A stretch of DNA of 64,000 nt from Monocercomonoides exilis PA203 (lineage: Eukaryota; Protista; Preaxostyla), in the NCBI GenBank assembly GCA_001643675.2, contig LSRY02000001.1, positions 2,418,001 through 2,482,000 on the forward strand, written 5' to 3'. Positions within the stretch are counted from its first letter, which is position 1. Each line of letters opens with the position of its first letter. Both the position numbers and the translations under genes were made by a program. This document shows, piece after piece, positions 1 to 12,240 of this stretch. The notes under the pieces were generated by a model, which saw only the letters and a list, made by a program, of their open reading frames with translations, was not told where the DNA came from and ran no database searches.

Positions 1-876
1 TTTTTTCCTTTTTATGTGGAATCTGAAAGAAGAAATGTAATGTTTCAAAACAAGGAATTTAAATAAAAAAATATTTTTTTTTTTATTTATTGAAGAATAA
101 GCAGTTCTATTTTTTAATTTGATGAAAAATCTCCTTTGAATTCAATCTCCGTGTAATTTTGACTCGATTTCATTCTGAACTGATATCCTTCGATTTGTGA
201 GTATTTCATCAGACTTTCCTCAGGCTCATTAGCATTTTTTTTGTAAAATAAACTTGTTGTTGCATTATCCAACTGCTCATCTTTTTCTTGTCATGTGAAA
301 ATCTTATGAACAGCAATAATGATCATTATGATACACAAAGAGTATGAAAAATCAAAAAAGTTGATGAAGAAACCACAAAACAGAAGCTCATTAGAAGATT
401 TCAAATCTTTGAAGTGATGAAGAGATGAACCGATAAGTCAAGTCATTGATTGTTTGAAAGAGAATAAAGTTGATTGAAAAAATAAAAGATGACTTTTCAT
501 TTGTTCTTTCTTTTTTGCTATTTGAAGAAAAATGTGATGTGAAAAAACAAATTCTTTAATTTTTTTTCAATTTTCAAGTTCATCTGTTGAAGCATATATC
601 CAAAAAATAAATTTTTTCGATTCATGAAAAAGGAAAATGTTCATGTTGAATTGCAAAGTTGTTGTGTTGGAATCATCAAAAGGATTCGGAAAAGAAACAT
701 TTGAATTACAATAATTCAATAGGTGAAAAAAAAACTATATTGGCTTTAATGAACAAAAAGAAGCAATTCAATCAACATCCTCGTTGTATTTGCACGAAAA
801 TAACAGTGTTTATCATCAAAAAGACAAAAAAATTTATCTATTCAAATCAAACATGAAACAAAAATAATAATTCTCT

Positions 877-3800
877 CTAATTTTCAGCTGGCGCATCAGC
901 CTCCTTCACAACACACCCCAAATCGTCGCTCGCAATCAGAATCGAAAAACGGCGGGTGCTTTCACAGCTTGCTCGTCCACAAGCACCCAAACTGCTATTC
1001 GTGCTCTTGTTCACAGACGCATAGTCAAAACAGCCCCGCCAGTCTGTGAACCCATCCTTCACAAACACCCCTTCTTCTTCTCTTCCACCTCTCCCACACA
1101 CCTTCGCATACACCTTCACATACACCCCTGCAGCTGGCAGATGTGTCGCTTCCTCTTTCACCACCAGCCGCCCTGTCTCCTCAAACACCTCCACACTCAT
1201 CCCGCTCCTGAACGGAGCCTCTGAGCAGCTCTTCCCTTCGTATTCTGCCTCAACAAACACATTCTGCGTTTGCAGCTCTTCTGGAACAGGAACAATAACA
1301 CTCGGCATCAAATGAATTAAAGACGAAGAGGAAGACGAAGAAAAAGAAGATGTTGCTTCTTCAAAAGAAAATTCGATTTGTTTCGTTGGCTTCACAATCG
1401 AAAATGCCTTTGCTGCATCTTTTCCTTTCATAAACGGCTTCACACTGAACAGGCTTTCAACATCCACCTTGTAGAACTTCATCTTCCCTCTCTTCTCCTT
1501 CCCCTTCTCCTGCTTCACCACAATTCTCTTCCCCTTCTCATCAATTTCCATCCCAAAAGTCCCTTCAACAGCCATCGATGAATCCAACTGCCGCTGCCTT
1601 CTATTTTCTCGCTCAGCCTCATTCTCAACAAAAACATCCTTCTTTCTCTTTCCTCCTCCTTTCACTTCTTTTTCTTTTTCCTCTTCTTCCTCTTCTTCTC
1701 TTCTCTCTTTTTCCCTCTCCCTCTGCCCTGCCCCAAACATTCTGTCCACTTCTCCAATCTGCTCCTTCAAATGGTCAAACATCGCCTTCCATCGTGGAAT
1801 CGAGCAATTCCAATGCTTCTCTGCCACTCTCCGTGCAACTGCCAATTTCGGTGCTTCCATTTTCATTTCTCCGTTTTCTCCGCTTTTCGGCTTTGGAAGA
1901 GCACTTTCTGGATCTGTCATGTCCAAATACGCACTCATATAATCATATTGCAGCTGCATCTCCATTTCTATTTCATTCTCTCTCTTTCCTCCATCTGATC
2001 CGCTGGCTGAAGAGCATCCCTTGCCAATCATCCCAAACAGCTCCCTCGCCTCGTCCAGCCTGTCCTGCAGCAAAAGATAGTATGTCAGCACAAGCCTTTC
2101 CCCGTCGCCGATCAAACAAGACCCACTCATCGAAGGCATCCTTTGAGAGTATTCGTTGTATTCTCCCCCATCTGATTCTTCATCCTCTTCATTCCTCTCC
2201 AAAAGAGCTGACGAGACATACCCAGCAGCTGCCCCATGCGCCAAGTGCATCAAATACTTTCTGTACTGCCCCGCCAATTGCGTATTCGCAATGCGCTCTT
2301 TCTCTTTCCCAAATACAAAACAACGCGGATTGATCAGCGGCCGATACTCCAGCACACGCACCTCTCCCTTCAGCGCAGGGCTCTTCACACACACAGGTGA
2401 CAACACCGTCGCACACCCTGCCAGCCGCGATGCAATCACACTCGACGCGCTTCCTCCGCACAAGTGCCTCTGCACAGCTGCTGCTGGGCCAAAGTGCCGC
2501 AGTGAATACGAATACACTCGCTCGTCATACACCCCGCGCCGCAGCAGCACCTCAATCACACTCTCAAACACGCTCTTCTCCTCCAGCCGCCACAATATCA
2601 TCGACAGGTCCACATCTGCTCGGTGCAGGTTCTCCTTCTCCAAAAACTCCAGCAACACTTCTTTCTTCGCCTCCTGCGACACATACCCCCAGTCTCTCCG
2701 CTCTGCCTCTAGCGCCCTCCCTTCTGCTTCCACCCTCACCCGGTGCCCTCCCTCTCGGCTGCAGCACACATACCGCCCCCGCATCGCCACCTGCGCCGGA
2801 TAGTGCACAAACTCCCCACCCTCCGGGAAATAGAACGCATACGACACCGTCTGCGTCCCATACGCCCCCAGAACAACACTCTGTGTCCTCGTCGCACTGC
2901 CCCTTTGCAGCACAATCGACCCTCCCGGCACCTGCATCAGCACCTCCACCGACCTCTGCGCTGCCGTCGTGTTCGTCAGCACCACATCGCACACATACAC
3001 CCGCCCTGCTCGCATCTTCTCCCACTCCACATACTTCCTCGCCTTCCGCCCTTCCTCATTCACCTCCCACTCTTCGCTCACATCATACACAAACTCCTGC
3101 ACAACCACCTGCTTCATCTCCACTCGTTTCCCCAACCCATTCAACTCCAGTCCTAGTTTCCTCGCTTGCCTCTCTTTTTCCCTTTCCCTTTCCTTTTCTC
3201 CTTCTCCTTCTCCTTCTCCTTCTTCAATTCCTTCCTTCCCTCCCTCAAATTCCTCCATCTCCTTCACAAACAGCACTGCAGCTGTGTCCTTGCTCCAAAT
3301 AGACGCACTCGCCCTTCCTCCCCTCATCTCAATCGCCTTCTCCACACAAACAGGATGCACACAAACATCTGTCAGCGCAGCTGCAAACGCCGCTGACGCA
3401 AACGAATCGGTGCATTCAATCACATTCGCTGACACAAAAGGAACAGCCCTCCCACACTCGCGCGCATCCCTGCCCACCCCCTCCCCGACACACCCAAACA
3501 GATATCGCGCATAGTCCAGGAAGAAATGGTTCCACTCAATCAGCACAGAATGAGATTACGTCACACGATGATATTGGTTCTCTCGGTATTCTTTCGTGTT
3601 CTCCACCTGCTGGAACTTTGCAACTGGCATTTTCTCTTCTTCTTCCTCAGCACAAGCACCACCATCTGCAGAAAAGCCACAAGATCCACTAAAAGCAGAA
3701 GTGTAGCCATAATGCACATTCTCTGCTGCCATCTTCATCTTCATCGGTGCCATCGGCATTGCCATCTTCATCTCCATCGGTGCTGCCATTGGTGCTGCCA

Positions 3801-6800
3801 TTGGTGCTGCCATTGGTGCTGCCATTGGTGCTGCCATTGGTGCCTCCATCTGCATTCCAAAAGGTATCGCCATCTGAGGATTTGAAGGAATTGCCTTTGA
3901 GAAAGAGCCACAAAAGCCATTTGCCCGACGTGGCATCGCGCCAGCAGTGCCCATCCTCTGCACCGCATTCGGCTGCATCAGCATTCTCGGCCTCATCCCT
4001 GCCCCTGCACTTGCCCCTGCTCCTGCCCTTGCCATCCCAACCATCGGCATTGCCATTCTCGCTCCAGGCCTCGCTCCTTTCTCTATCTTCCCCATCTGCC
4101 CCATCTGCCCTTTAACATCCGTTGCACCCCCCAACATACGCGGAATCAGCTTCAGCTCGTCGTTGTTCCGGATGAAGCACCCGCTCATCGTGCGCGTGTC
4201 GCTCAGCTGCACATCGTTGAAGATAATCTTCTGCATGTCAGGCAGAATCCCTTCTTTCTTCTGCACAAGCTCCTTCAGCTCCGCCACAGTCGTCTCCTTC
4301 GTCACACTTACTCGAATTATCTTCCCTTGCATCGTCCTCACCTGCACTTCCATCTTCCCCAAATCCCCTCCTTCGTTGAATGCTCGCGCCGATGCTCCTT
4401 TCACACTGCTCTTTCTTCCTCTTTCTTCTTCTTCTTCTTCTGCCTCAATCAACCCCCCAACATCCAGTCCCGATCGAAGCGCTGTCTCAAACACCTTCTC
4501 TTCTTCTTTCTTGTCTCTCAGCTGCGACCTCAGCTGCCCTTCCACTTTCTCCACCAACGCCACACACCTCCTCAAACTCCTCTCCAGCAATTCTTCTCCT
4601 TCTCTTCTTTCTCCTTCTTCTCTTCTTCCTTCTTCTCTTTTCTTCGCCTTCTGCCCCAGCTCCACCAGCCCCGCCAGCACAAACACTTGCTCCACTGCAT
4701 TCAGCCTCGCAAACAAAGCTGGCTCTGCATATTCCTCAAACAGCCCCACATCTTCCGTTCCCAGCAGATAGTGGTCAACCACCGTCTTCTCCTTTTTGCT
4801 CGCCAAACTCGGACGAACCGCTTTCGCAAAGAATTTTGGTGCCTTTTTGAACAGCAGAACATTCGTCTCCTCACACGCAAATTCGCTGTAACGATCACAA
4901 AGCTCTCGGAATTTCTTCTTCTTCTCTTCTCCTTCTTCTTTTTCTTCATCTTCATCCTCATCCTCATTATCATCATCAACCAACTTGTACAACTCCTCAA
5001 ACGCATTACACCACGCATCAAATGCTCTCACTTTTGCCTCGTCTCCCTCATTCTTCTTCGCCTTCGCCTTCATCACGCACTTCAGCAGATGAAGAATTCC
5101 CCCAAAGCAACTGTAGCTTTCATATGTAGATGTCGACAGGTCTTTTATCTTCCGCGTCGCAACACATTTCGAAAGATATGCTTTCTTCAATGACACTCCT
5201 CCTGTCTTCTTCCCATTTGAACTGGCGCATTCACATTCACATCTTGATTTTATTTTCTCCTCCTTCTCCTTCTTTTCTTCCTTCTTTTCTTCCTTCTTTT
5301 CTTCATCCTTCTCATCGCCTGCTTCCCAACATCTGCTTCTCAGCACTTTTTCTGGCAGAATCAGCGCCGAGTGCATCTTCTGCAAAACATGCTTCTTCGG
5401 GTCAAACACATTCATCAGCCTCATTTCCCTCAATCGTCCTTCTCCTTCTTCTCCTTCTTCTCCTTCTTCTCCTTCTCTTCCCTCCGTTTTCCTTCTCCCG
5501 CCGCACAGACTCAGATCCACCCCCACCACCTTCGCCACCACATGCTCATCATCTGTCGCCACCACTGTCACAGTGCTCTGCCCCTTCCCTGCAATCACCT
5601 CCATCGGGATAACTACACGCCTCCTCTTCCCTTCCCCTGGTGCTTCGTTCAGCACAACTGTCGTCGTCTCCCCCAAAAAGTCGATGTTCTTCCAGTCTGC
5701 CTGGCTCCTCCTCCAGTTCCGCACTCCTCCCATTCCCCCTTCCATCGCCCCGTTCATCATCATCTTCTTCTTCTTCCTCGCCATCATGTCTGCCATCATC
5801 TCTCCGCTTGCTGCTCCTCCGCAGATCGCATCCCCTGCAAATGCGCTCGCCTCCTTCCTCCAAGTCTCCTGCGTCACAACCCCGTGCATCAGCACAGACG
5901 GCGCATCCAGCGTGTTCCCCAGCCGCGCTGCTGCCGTCTGCCTTCGCTGGACGTATTCTTGCTCTGTGCCCAGCCTCTTGTCCGACGTGTAGAACGACCC
6001 CGCCACCTTTGCTATCTGCACCTCTGCCTGCCTCCCCTCTGCCAGCCCCGTCAGCTGCGTCTCTGCATCAAACGCCCCCACAAACACACTCCCAAACACA
6101 TGCACACGCGTCATCGCTGTGCAGTTGCTCAGAATCACCTCCACGTTCCCGGCTTCCGCTCCTTCTCTCATCTGCCGAACCCCCACAATCGCCACTGCTG
6201 CATCACCTCCTCGTCGCCCGATCCTCCGCACACCACACAGAAGCGATGTCTTGTCCTGCCTCACCCCACAATCGCTTTCTTCTTCTTCTTCTTTCCATTT
6301 TTCGCTCATGTTTTCCTCCTTCACTCCATCTTTCTCGTTGTTTTCAGCCATCTTCCGCGGCTCAATCAGCGAAATAGTCGTCCGCAGCCCTGTCGCCCAT
6401 TCAAACAGCTCATATTCCCCACAAGGCAGATCAGCCGACAGAATCGCCTTCCCTTCCTTCACCACCATCTTCTCGCTCACATCACGCAACGGAACAATCC
6501 GGTCTGTCCCGATCATTTGCGTAAGCGAAACCAGTCTCTTCTCAATCAACTTCTTCTCATTCTTTGCTCTTTCCTTTTCTTCCTCTTCATTCTTTTCCTC
6601 TTCGTTCCTTTCCTCTTCTCCTTCATCCCACCCCATTTCCAGTGCCACCTCTAGCTCTTGCCCCGCATACCCCACTGCCCTCTCGCTCCTGTTCTCCACA
6701 TGCATCGGCATCGGCTCACCGCCATGCCCATCCAGCCCAAACATCTGCCTCGTCTCCCCTGCCCCATCCCCTGACCCCATTCGTATCTCAAACCCACTCA

Positions 6801-9378
6801 CATCTCTCAAACTGCCCAGTTCAATCTCCCCTTTCTTGTCTGTCATCAGCCTGACTCCCTCTTTGCATGTGCTCCCCCAGCTGCTCACGCACCGCCAGAA
6901 GAACTTGAACGTGACTGCGTGATGTTTGATTCTCTCTCCGCCTTTCCCAAACACACGCAGAACATAACAAGTCTTCTCATTCTTCCCATTCTTCCCATTC
7001 TTCTCTTCTGTTCTTCGCACCAGCGCTGCTGCCACAATCTCCCTCGTGCTGTTAATCGTGTTCACACAAAACGTCTTCTCGCTCCGAACTGGCACTGTCC
7101 GACCCAAATCTGAGTGCACCGTCACCGCCCCGCTCACCTCCACCTGCACCTTCGCAACATTCTCAGGAACTGTATACTCCACACACCCCACCTCCCCATC
7201 CACAAACCGCACCCCTGCATACTGCCGCGTCACCTCTATCCCTTCCACCGTCCTCGATGTCACCTTCACACATACCCCGCGCACCATCCCCACTGACGCT
7301 GCAACTCCACAGCACAGCAGCTGCGGCCGAAGCACAATGTGCGCATTTGCATGCCGCACCAGCTCCTCCCGGTCAATGTAGATCCCACACCCAAACTCAT
7401 ACTCCTCTGCTTTGTGCTCAAACCCCTCCACAAGCACACAGAACTCATCTGCCAAGTCTTCCACTATCGCCTGCTTCATCCCTGCCCCGCCCCCTGTCGC
7501 ATACGGCACCAGAATCTCGCACGGCTCCAGCGCAGGGTGCCTCTTCGGCGTTGTGCTCGCGCTGTATCTCCGCCCGTCCACCCACACCGCTGCCCGGCTT
7601 CTCGGCAAGGGCATGTTCAGCTCGTCCAGCACTGTCACCGCCTGCCCATCTGCAATGCACCGCCACATCATCCGCAGACTCCCCTTTCGGATCAGTGCAC
7701 GGCTCGTCAACCCATCCCCTGACAGAACAACCACAAACACTCCTCTCTTCTGCACTCGCTCTCCTGCTCCCCGCTCAACTTCTTCTTCCTCCTCCTCTTC
7801 CTCCTCTTCCTCTTCCTCTTCGCCTTTCTCCTCTTTTCTCTCCAACACAAGCGATGGCAGCTCGATCCGCTCCGTGTGCCGGATCACAGGCGCATATGCT
7901 GAAAAATCGAGCATCCGCTCATAGTTCGCCACCAGCCCATCCACCTCCATTCCCGCATCCACCTCTCGATGCATCAGCGAGTAGTATGCCTCCGTGTTCA
8001 CCTCAAACACCTGCAAACGCACCTCCCGGATATTCTTCACCACAACCTTCACCACAGGCACCTCTTCCTTTCCCCTCCCAAACCCAAAGCTCGTCTCGTT
8101 GTCGTCTGCAAACGTTAGCTCTGTCTTTTCCGTCAGCCTCCGAACAAAATACTCATCCGCATCCTTCCTTCCCACTTTGCTCACATCCATCTCCCCGCTC
8201 GTCAGCTTCGCCTCCGTCGCCAACCTCCGCAATTCGGACTCTTCAATAAACTTTTCGAACCTCTCTTCATCCACCCCTTCCGCAATGAAATGAATCACCA
8301 GCTTCCGGATCAGTTCTGTGCTCCCATTTCGCTCCATCCACTCCAATTCCGCCTTCCCCATCCCCACTCTCCCCAGCCATCCCACATCCACCCGGCACTC
8401 ATAATTTCCCCCATTGCTCGCCCTCTCCTGCCTTATACATATCCCCACATCCCTTCTCGGACACTTCAGAAGGCTCAAAAACCTCTCCAAGTTCGGCTCC
8501 CCTCTCAGCCAATCATGCACCACACACGCCTCCATCAGCGAAGCCCCCATCCAAAGTGCTGCGCCGCTCAATTCGCACCCCATGTGCCATATCCGCTCAA
8601 AGTATTCATCCTGCGCTGCTTTGTCTGTTTCCCACACCACATCTGCCCCTGGCGCCATCCGCATCACCGTCATCTCCACCCACCGTTCATTGCTTCGCAA
8701 CTCCGCCTTTTCTTCTCCCAGCTGTTGTAGCTGGTCTATCGTCAGCTCAACCGACAAGTCCGACAGGTGCGTGTCGGGCTTTGAAAGATACAGCATTATC
8801 AGCTCCACAATCCCAGGATACGAGCACGACGGCACGTTGTTGATGAAGTGCTGCAGATCGCGCTTCTCCAGCCCTTTCCCGTCAACTTTCAGCATCCCCT
8901 CCGGTGTGAGTTCGTTGAGAATCTGCCGATGTGCGGATGCATCCTTCAGCACTTTTAAAAAGTCAACTTCGTCCTCATCCAGCACACTCGGCAGCACCGC
9001 CTCCTCCCGAGGCTCGTCCCGCACCCCTACACGCCGTTGCACGCTTGCGAAGTCCTCATGCAAAATGTCATCCCGCAGATGCTCCAGCACTTCTTTCTGC
9101 CCCGCTTTGTCCATCTGCCCAAATGACGTCAGTTCCCGTCTCAGACGCAGCTGCACCACCGCTGTATTGCTTTTCCCCAGCTTTTTGACCAGCTTTTCCA
9201 TCAGCTGTTCTTCTTCTGCCGTGGCACTCAAAGGACTTTTCAGTTGTTCTCGCAAAATCGTATAATACAGACGCTCCGTCGAATTCGCTGGCAGAGCCTC
9301 CAGAGCCGCATCCCGCTCCTTTTCGTTCTTCGCCAGCACAAACTTCTCAAGGAATGAAACGCTCACAGCTTCCGCCAT
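877..9378 (-). CDS. Very large AbpF-like conserved hypothetical protein (about 2830 codons), split by one in-frame TAA at 3556-3558; contains an internal ubiquitin-like domain
   Basis: ORFs 3556..9378 and 877..3546 share a frame and read through as ENQYHRVT*SHSVLIEWNHFFLDYA. The motifs FYFP-G-F-HYPAQV, LEY-PLINPR and YVKVYA...KDGFTDWRG-FDYAS recall the Dictyostelium AbpF / planctomycete-type large protein family (from memory). GC- and purine-rich coding signature throughout. Confidence 0.7.
3779..3844 (-). repeat. 12-bp coding tandem repeat (MAAP x5)
   Basis: GGTGCTGCCATT repeated five times on the + strand, plus a partial copy. Confidence 0.95.
4126..4353 (-). other. Internal ubiquitin-like domain, 76 aa, ending in Gly-Gly
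   Basis: MEVQVRTMQGKIIRVSVTKETTVAELKELVQKKEGILPDMQKIIFNDVQLSDTRTMSGCFIRNNDELKLIPRMLGG is colinear with ubiquitin (GK-I-V, KEGI-PD-Q--IF, L-D-RT, C-terminal GG) and spans exactly 228 nt. Confidence 0.9.
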
Positions 9379-10068
9379 GATTGTTCAATGTTTTTCCAAG
9401 AATCAAACGATGGCATTGATCACAAAAATTGGATTATTTTGAAAAGAAAAAGCAATTGATAATTCATAATTTTTTAATTGAACAATATATGATATTATTC
9501 TTGATAAAATTGCTTCGAGTTGAAATTGTGAAATTAACCCTAAGAAAAATACGAATGATATGAGAATGATTATTCGAAAAATTTCTTTCTAAGCAGATTG
9601 AATGATATGTTTGGAAAATTTGTTGGAAAAACATGAAATAATAATTCGTTAATCAATTTTCAAAATTATTAAACCAATTTGAATTTTTTAAAGTTGGCGA
9701 AATTTTTTTTTGGAATCTTATTCTTTTATTCATCGAAATGTTTGAATTCAGAGTTGGTAAGAGCAGAAGATGGGGGTTCCTAAAAATATTAAAGTTAATC
9801 ATTCATCCTGCATTATAATCAATAGGCCTTTGCGACAGACCGACATTATTTTCACTGCTCGACAAGTCGACCGACAACAAAATCGGTCTGAATTTTATTT
9901 TTTTAAAATAATAATAAAATTACCAAAAACTGATTTTTATTATTCTGAAATTTCATTATTATTTTGTTTATTCATTAATTTATTATCTAATTATTAAAAA
10001 TATATAAATGACATGAACAAAAATATTCAAATCGAAATTTCTCAATGGGTTATCGACAGATCTTTGTC

Positions 10069-10136
10069 GAGATCAGTCGAACGACAAAGATCAGTCGGTC
10101 GAAAGATCAGTCGGTCGAAAAGATCAATCTGTCGAA
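10069..10136 (+). repeat. Subterminal tandem repeats (AGATCAGTCGGTCGAA-like, about 4 copies) of the hAT-like element
   Basis: agatcagtcgaacgacaa-agatcagtcggtcgaa-agatcagtcggtcgaaa-agatcaatctgtcgaa. Confidence 0.8.
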
Positions 10137-10559
10137 TAGAAATGCTATTTTGAAAACATTTCTTTTTTTCAGAAATAGACTTTCATTACAATTTTGATAA
10201 AAAAAATATCTTTCATAACTTGATAAATTGCGAGAATATAAAAGAAATGGAGTGTTTTATTTGTCTGGCATTTATGAAACGTTCGTCAAAAACGGTATAT
10301 AGTTAAATACTTCGTCAACTTTCATATATTTATATCATTATTGATTTTATCCGACCAAATTAACAATTGCATTCCATAATTTTTATATTTTGGAATATTG
10401 AGAACAAACGCGATATTTGAGTTAATAACAGTTTGACATTAGTGAAAGATTAACTGCAATACGAGCTTTTAATTTTAAATATTTAGAATAGGACTAGAAG
10501 CTGCTTTTATCTGTCCACGTTGCCACTGAAGAATATTTATTATAATCAATGATAATTTG

Positions 10560-12240
10560 CGCATTACAATTGTTTATGTCAAAAGAAAAGTCACTTGAAC
10601 AAATAAAAAATGGAAGGAGCTGCAATATTGTTAAATAATACTGAATTTTGTAAATTTTCGGTTGATTTGAAAAGAAAAGAAGCTCAAGATTTTGAAGAAG
10701 AAAGAAGATTTGACGTTGTGACAGAAGAAGAAAAGTTTAGATTGAAGCTTTTTCAATGGAGAATTTATAATGAAGATATCAATTGTGAATTATCCTTGAA
10801 GACTCATCGCTAAATCTTCGAATGGTTTTCAGGTTGATTGGATATTACTGCGGGATGCATATGATTTCAGTGAGAGGACACGAAAACTATTTTGCATTGT
10901 TCTATTCGCACGTGCACAGAAAGGGTTTTAAACATGAAGATGTGAAACCTAATTATGTGTTGATGCTACAAGCGAAAATAAATCAGGCACTGTCTCATTC
11001 AGCACAAATTTATCGATTTTCATCCTCATTTTCTTCTGGTCATTCGGGATCAAACCCAAGATTTTCACAAGTCGTGCTGTGAACTGAGATCTCGCAGTTT
11101 GTTTGTTTGGGCAACAAGAATCAGCTGCATTTATCACAAAAGGGTGTGAGGTATTAGCACCATTTCAAGTATCTCAGTGCAATTGGTTCATGGAAGCAAC
11201 ACCGAGCAATACAATATCGTGAAAGGCATTCGTCATGGAGATGGAGCTAATAACGTTTGGGATGGAAACATGGCAGATTCTGAACAGCAAAAGACTAACA
11301 ATCAGATGCTGAAGCTATTTTTTGGAGGCTTAAATGGAACTGCAGAATAAGCTGAGTTGCAAAGGGGGCAAAAAGGCGAATTTTCACTCTGACAAAACAG
11401 GGAAATTTCATGAACATATATTTGATCCAGTTTTGAAATCCAAAATCGAAAAGGTCATTGTCTATTTGTTCCATTCATAAGATATTTTCAAGACGCTGTT
11501 CGAAGAAGTGTATCATGCTCTTCCATCAAAATTGCCAACAGCGAGAGACTCTTTTTCGGGCAGCGATCCGACAAGAGAATACAAGCTGCTGCTAAGCGAC
11601 GTTGCGTCATTCATCGGTTTTTGCTTAACACCCAACATATAGAAGAACATGACAGCTTCAGTATCGGTTCACCACCTATTTTTGAACCAAATTGTTGCAC
11701 AACAGAAGAATCAGAAGCAGATAGAAGAAAAAACTGCTTCTGGATATATGCATTCCCTTCTTCTTTCCCATTTCGAATTAGCCAGCATTCTTTCGAAGAT
11801 GTTTGTCCAAACAAAGAAAGTTGTCGACTCATGTTGATTTTTAAGCTATCACCACGATTAACTGAATAGAAGAGATGCATTATTTGAACATAGCATCATA
11901 AGACTCTGTAATGAACTCAACTTCAATCTCCATGCAGGAAGTGGCTAAGCACATCAAACAGACAGCAGGCGAAAGAGACCGAACGGCCAATGAGTAAAAT
12001 GATGGAAATAAGATCGTGCAAAGAGCAGAAGAAACATATCTGCAAATACAGCAAATGCATCAAAAACAGGAAGATGCTGAAGACGGAATTAAGTTAAAAG
12101 TTTTTGGAATAGAAATAGAAACAGAGAAAGTGAGAAAAAGAAAGAAAGAAATGGTTGAAAAGATGAAAGCGCTTGAATGCAACGAAGAAGCTGAAGAAGA
12201 AAGCGAATGCAATCGCAACGTGAAACGAGCAGTTGTTTGA
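10560..12240 (+). pseudogene. Probable decayed transposase of the hAT-like element
   Basis: Chain of short + strand ORFs with coding-like composition inside the TIRs. No catalytic motif can be read with confidence. Confidence 0.35.

Noticed and set aside
1046-9265. Many + strand ORFs of 100-430 aa opposite the AbpF-like gene
   Set aside because: Ser/Pro/Leu/Phe-rich shadows of a purine-biased coding strand, with no motifs.
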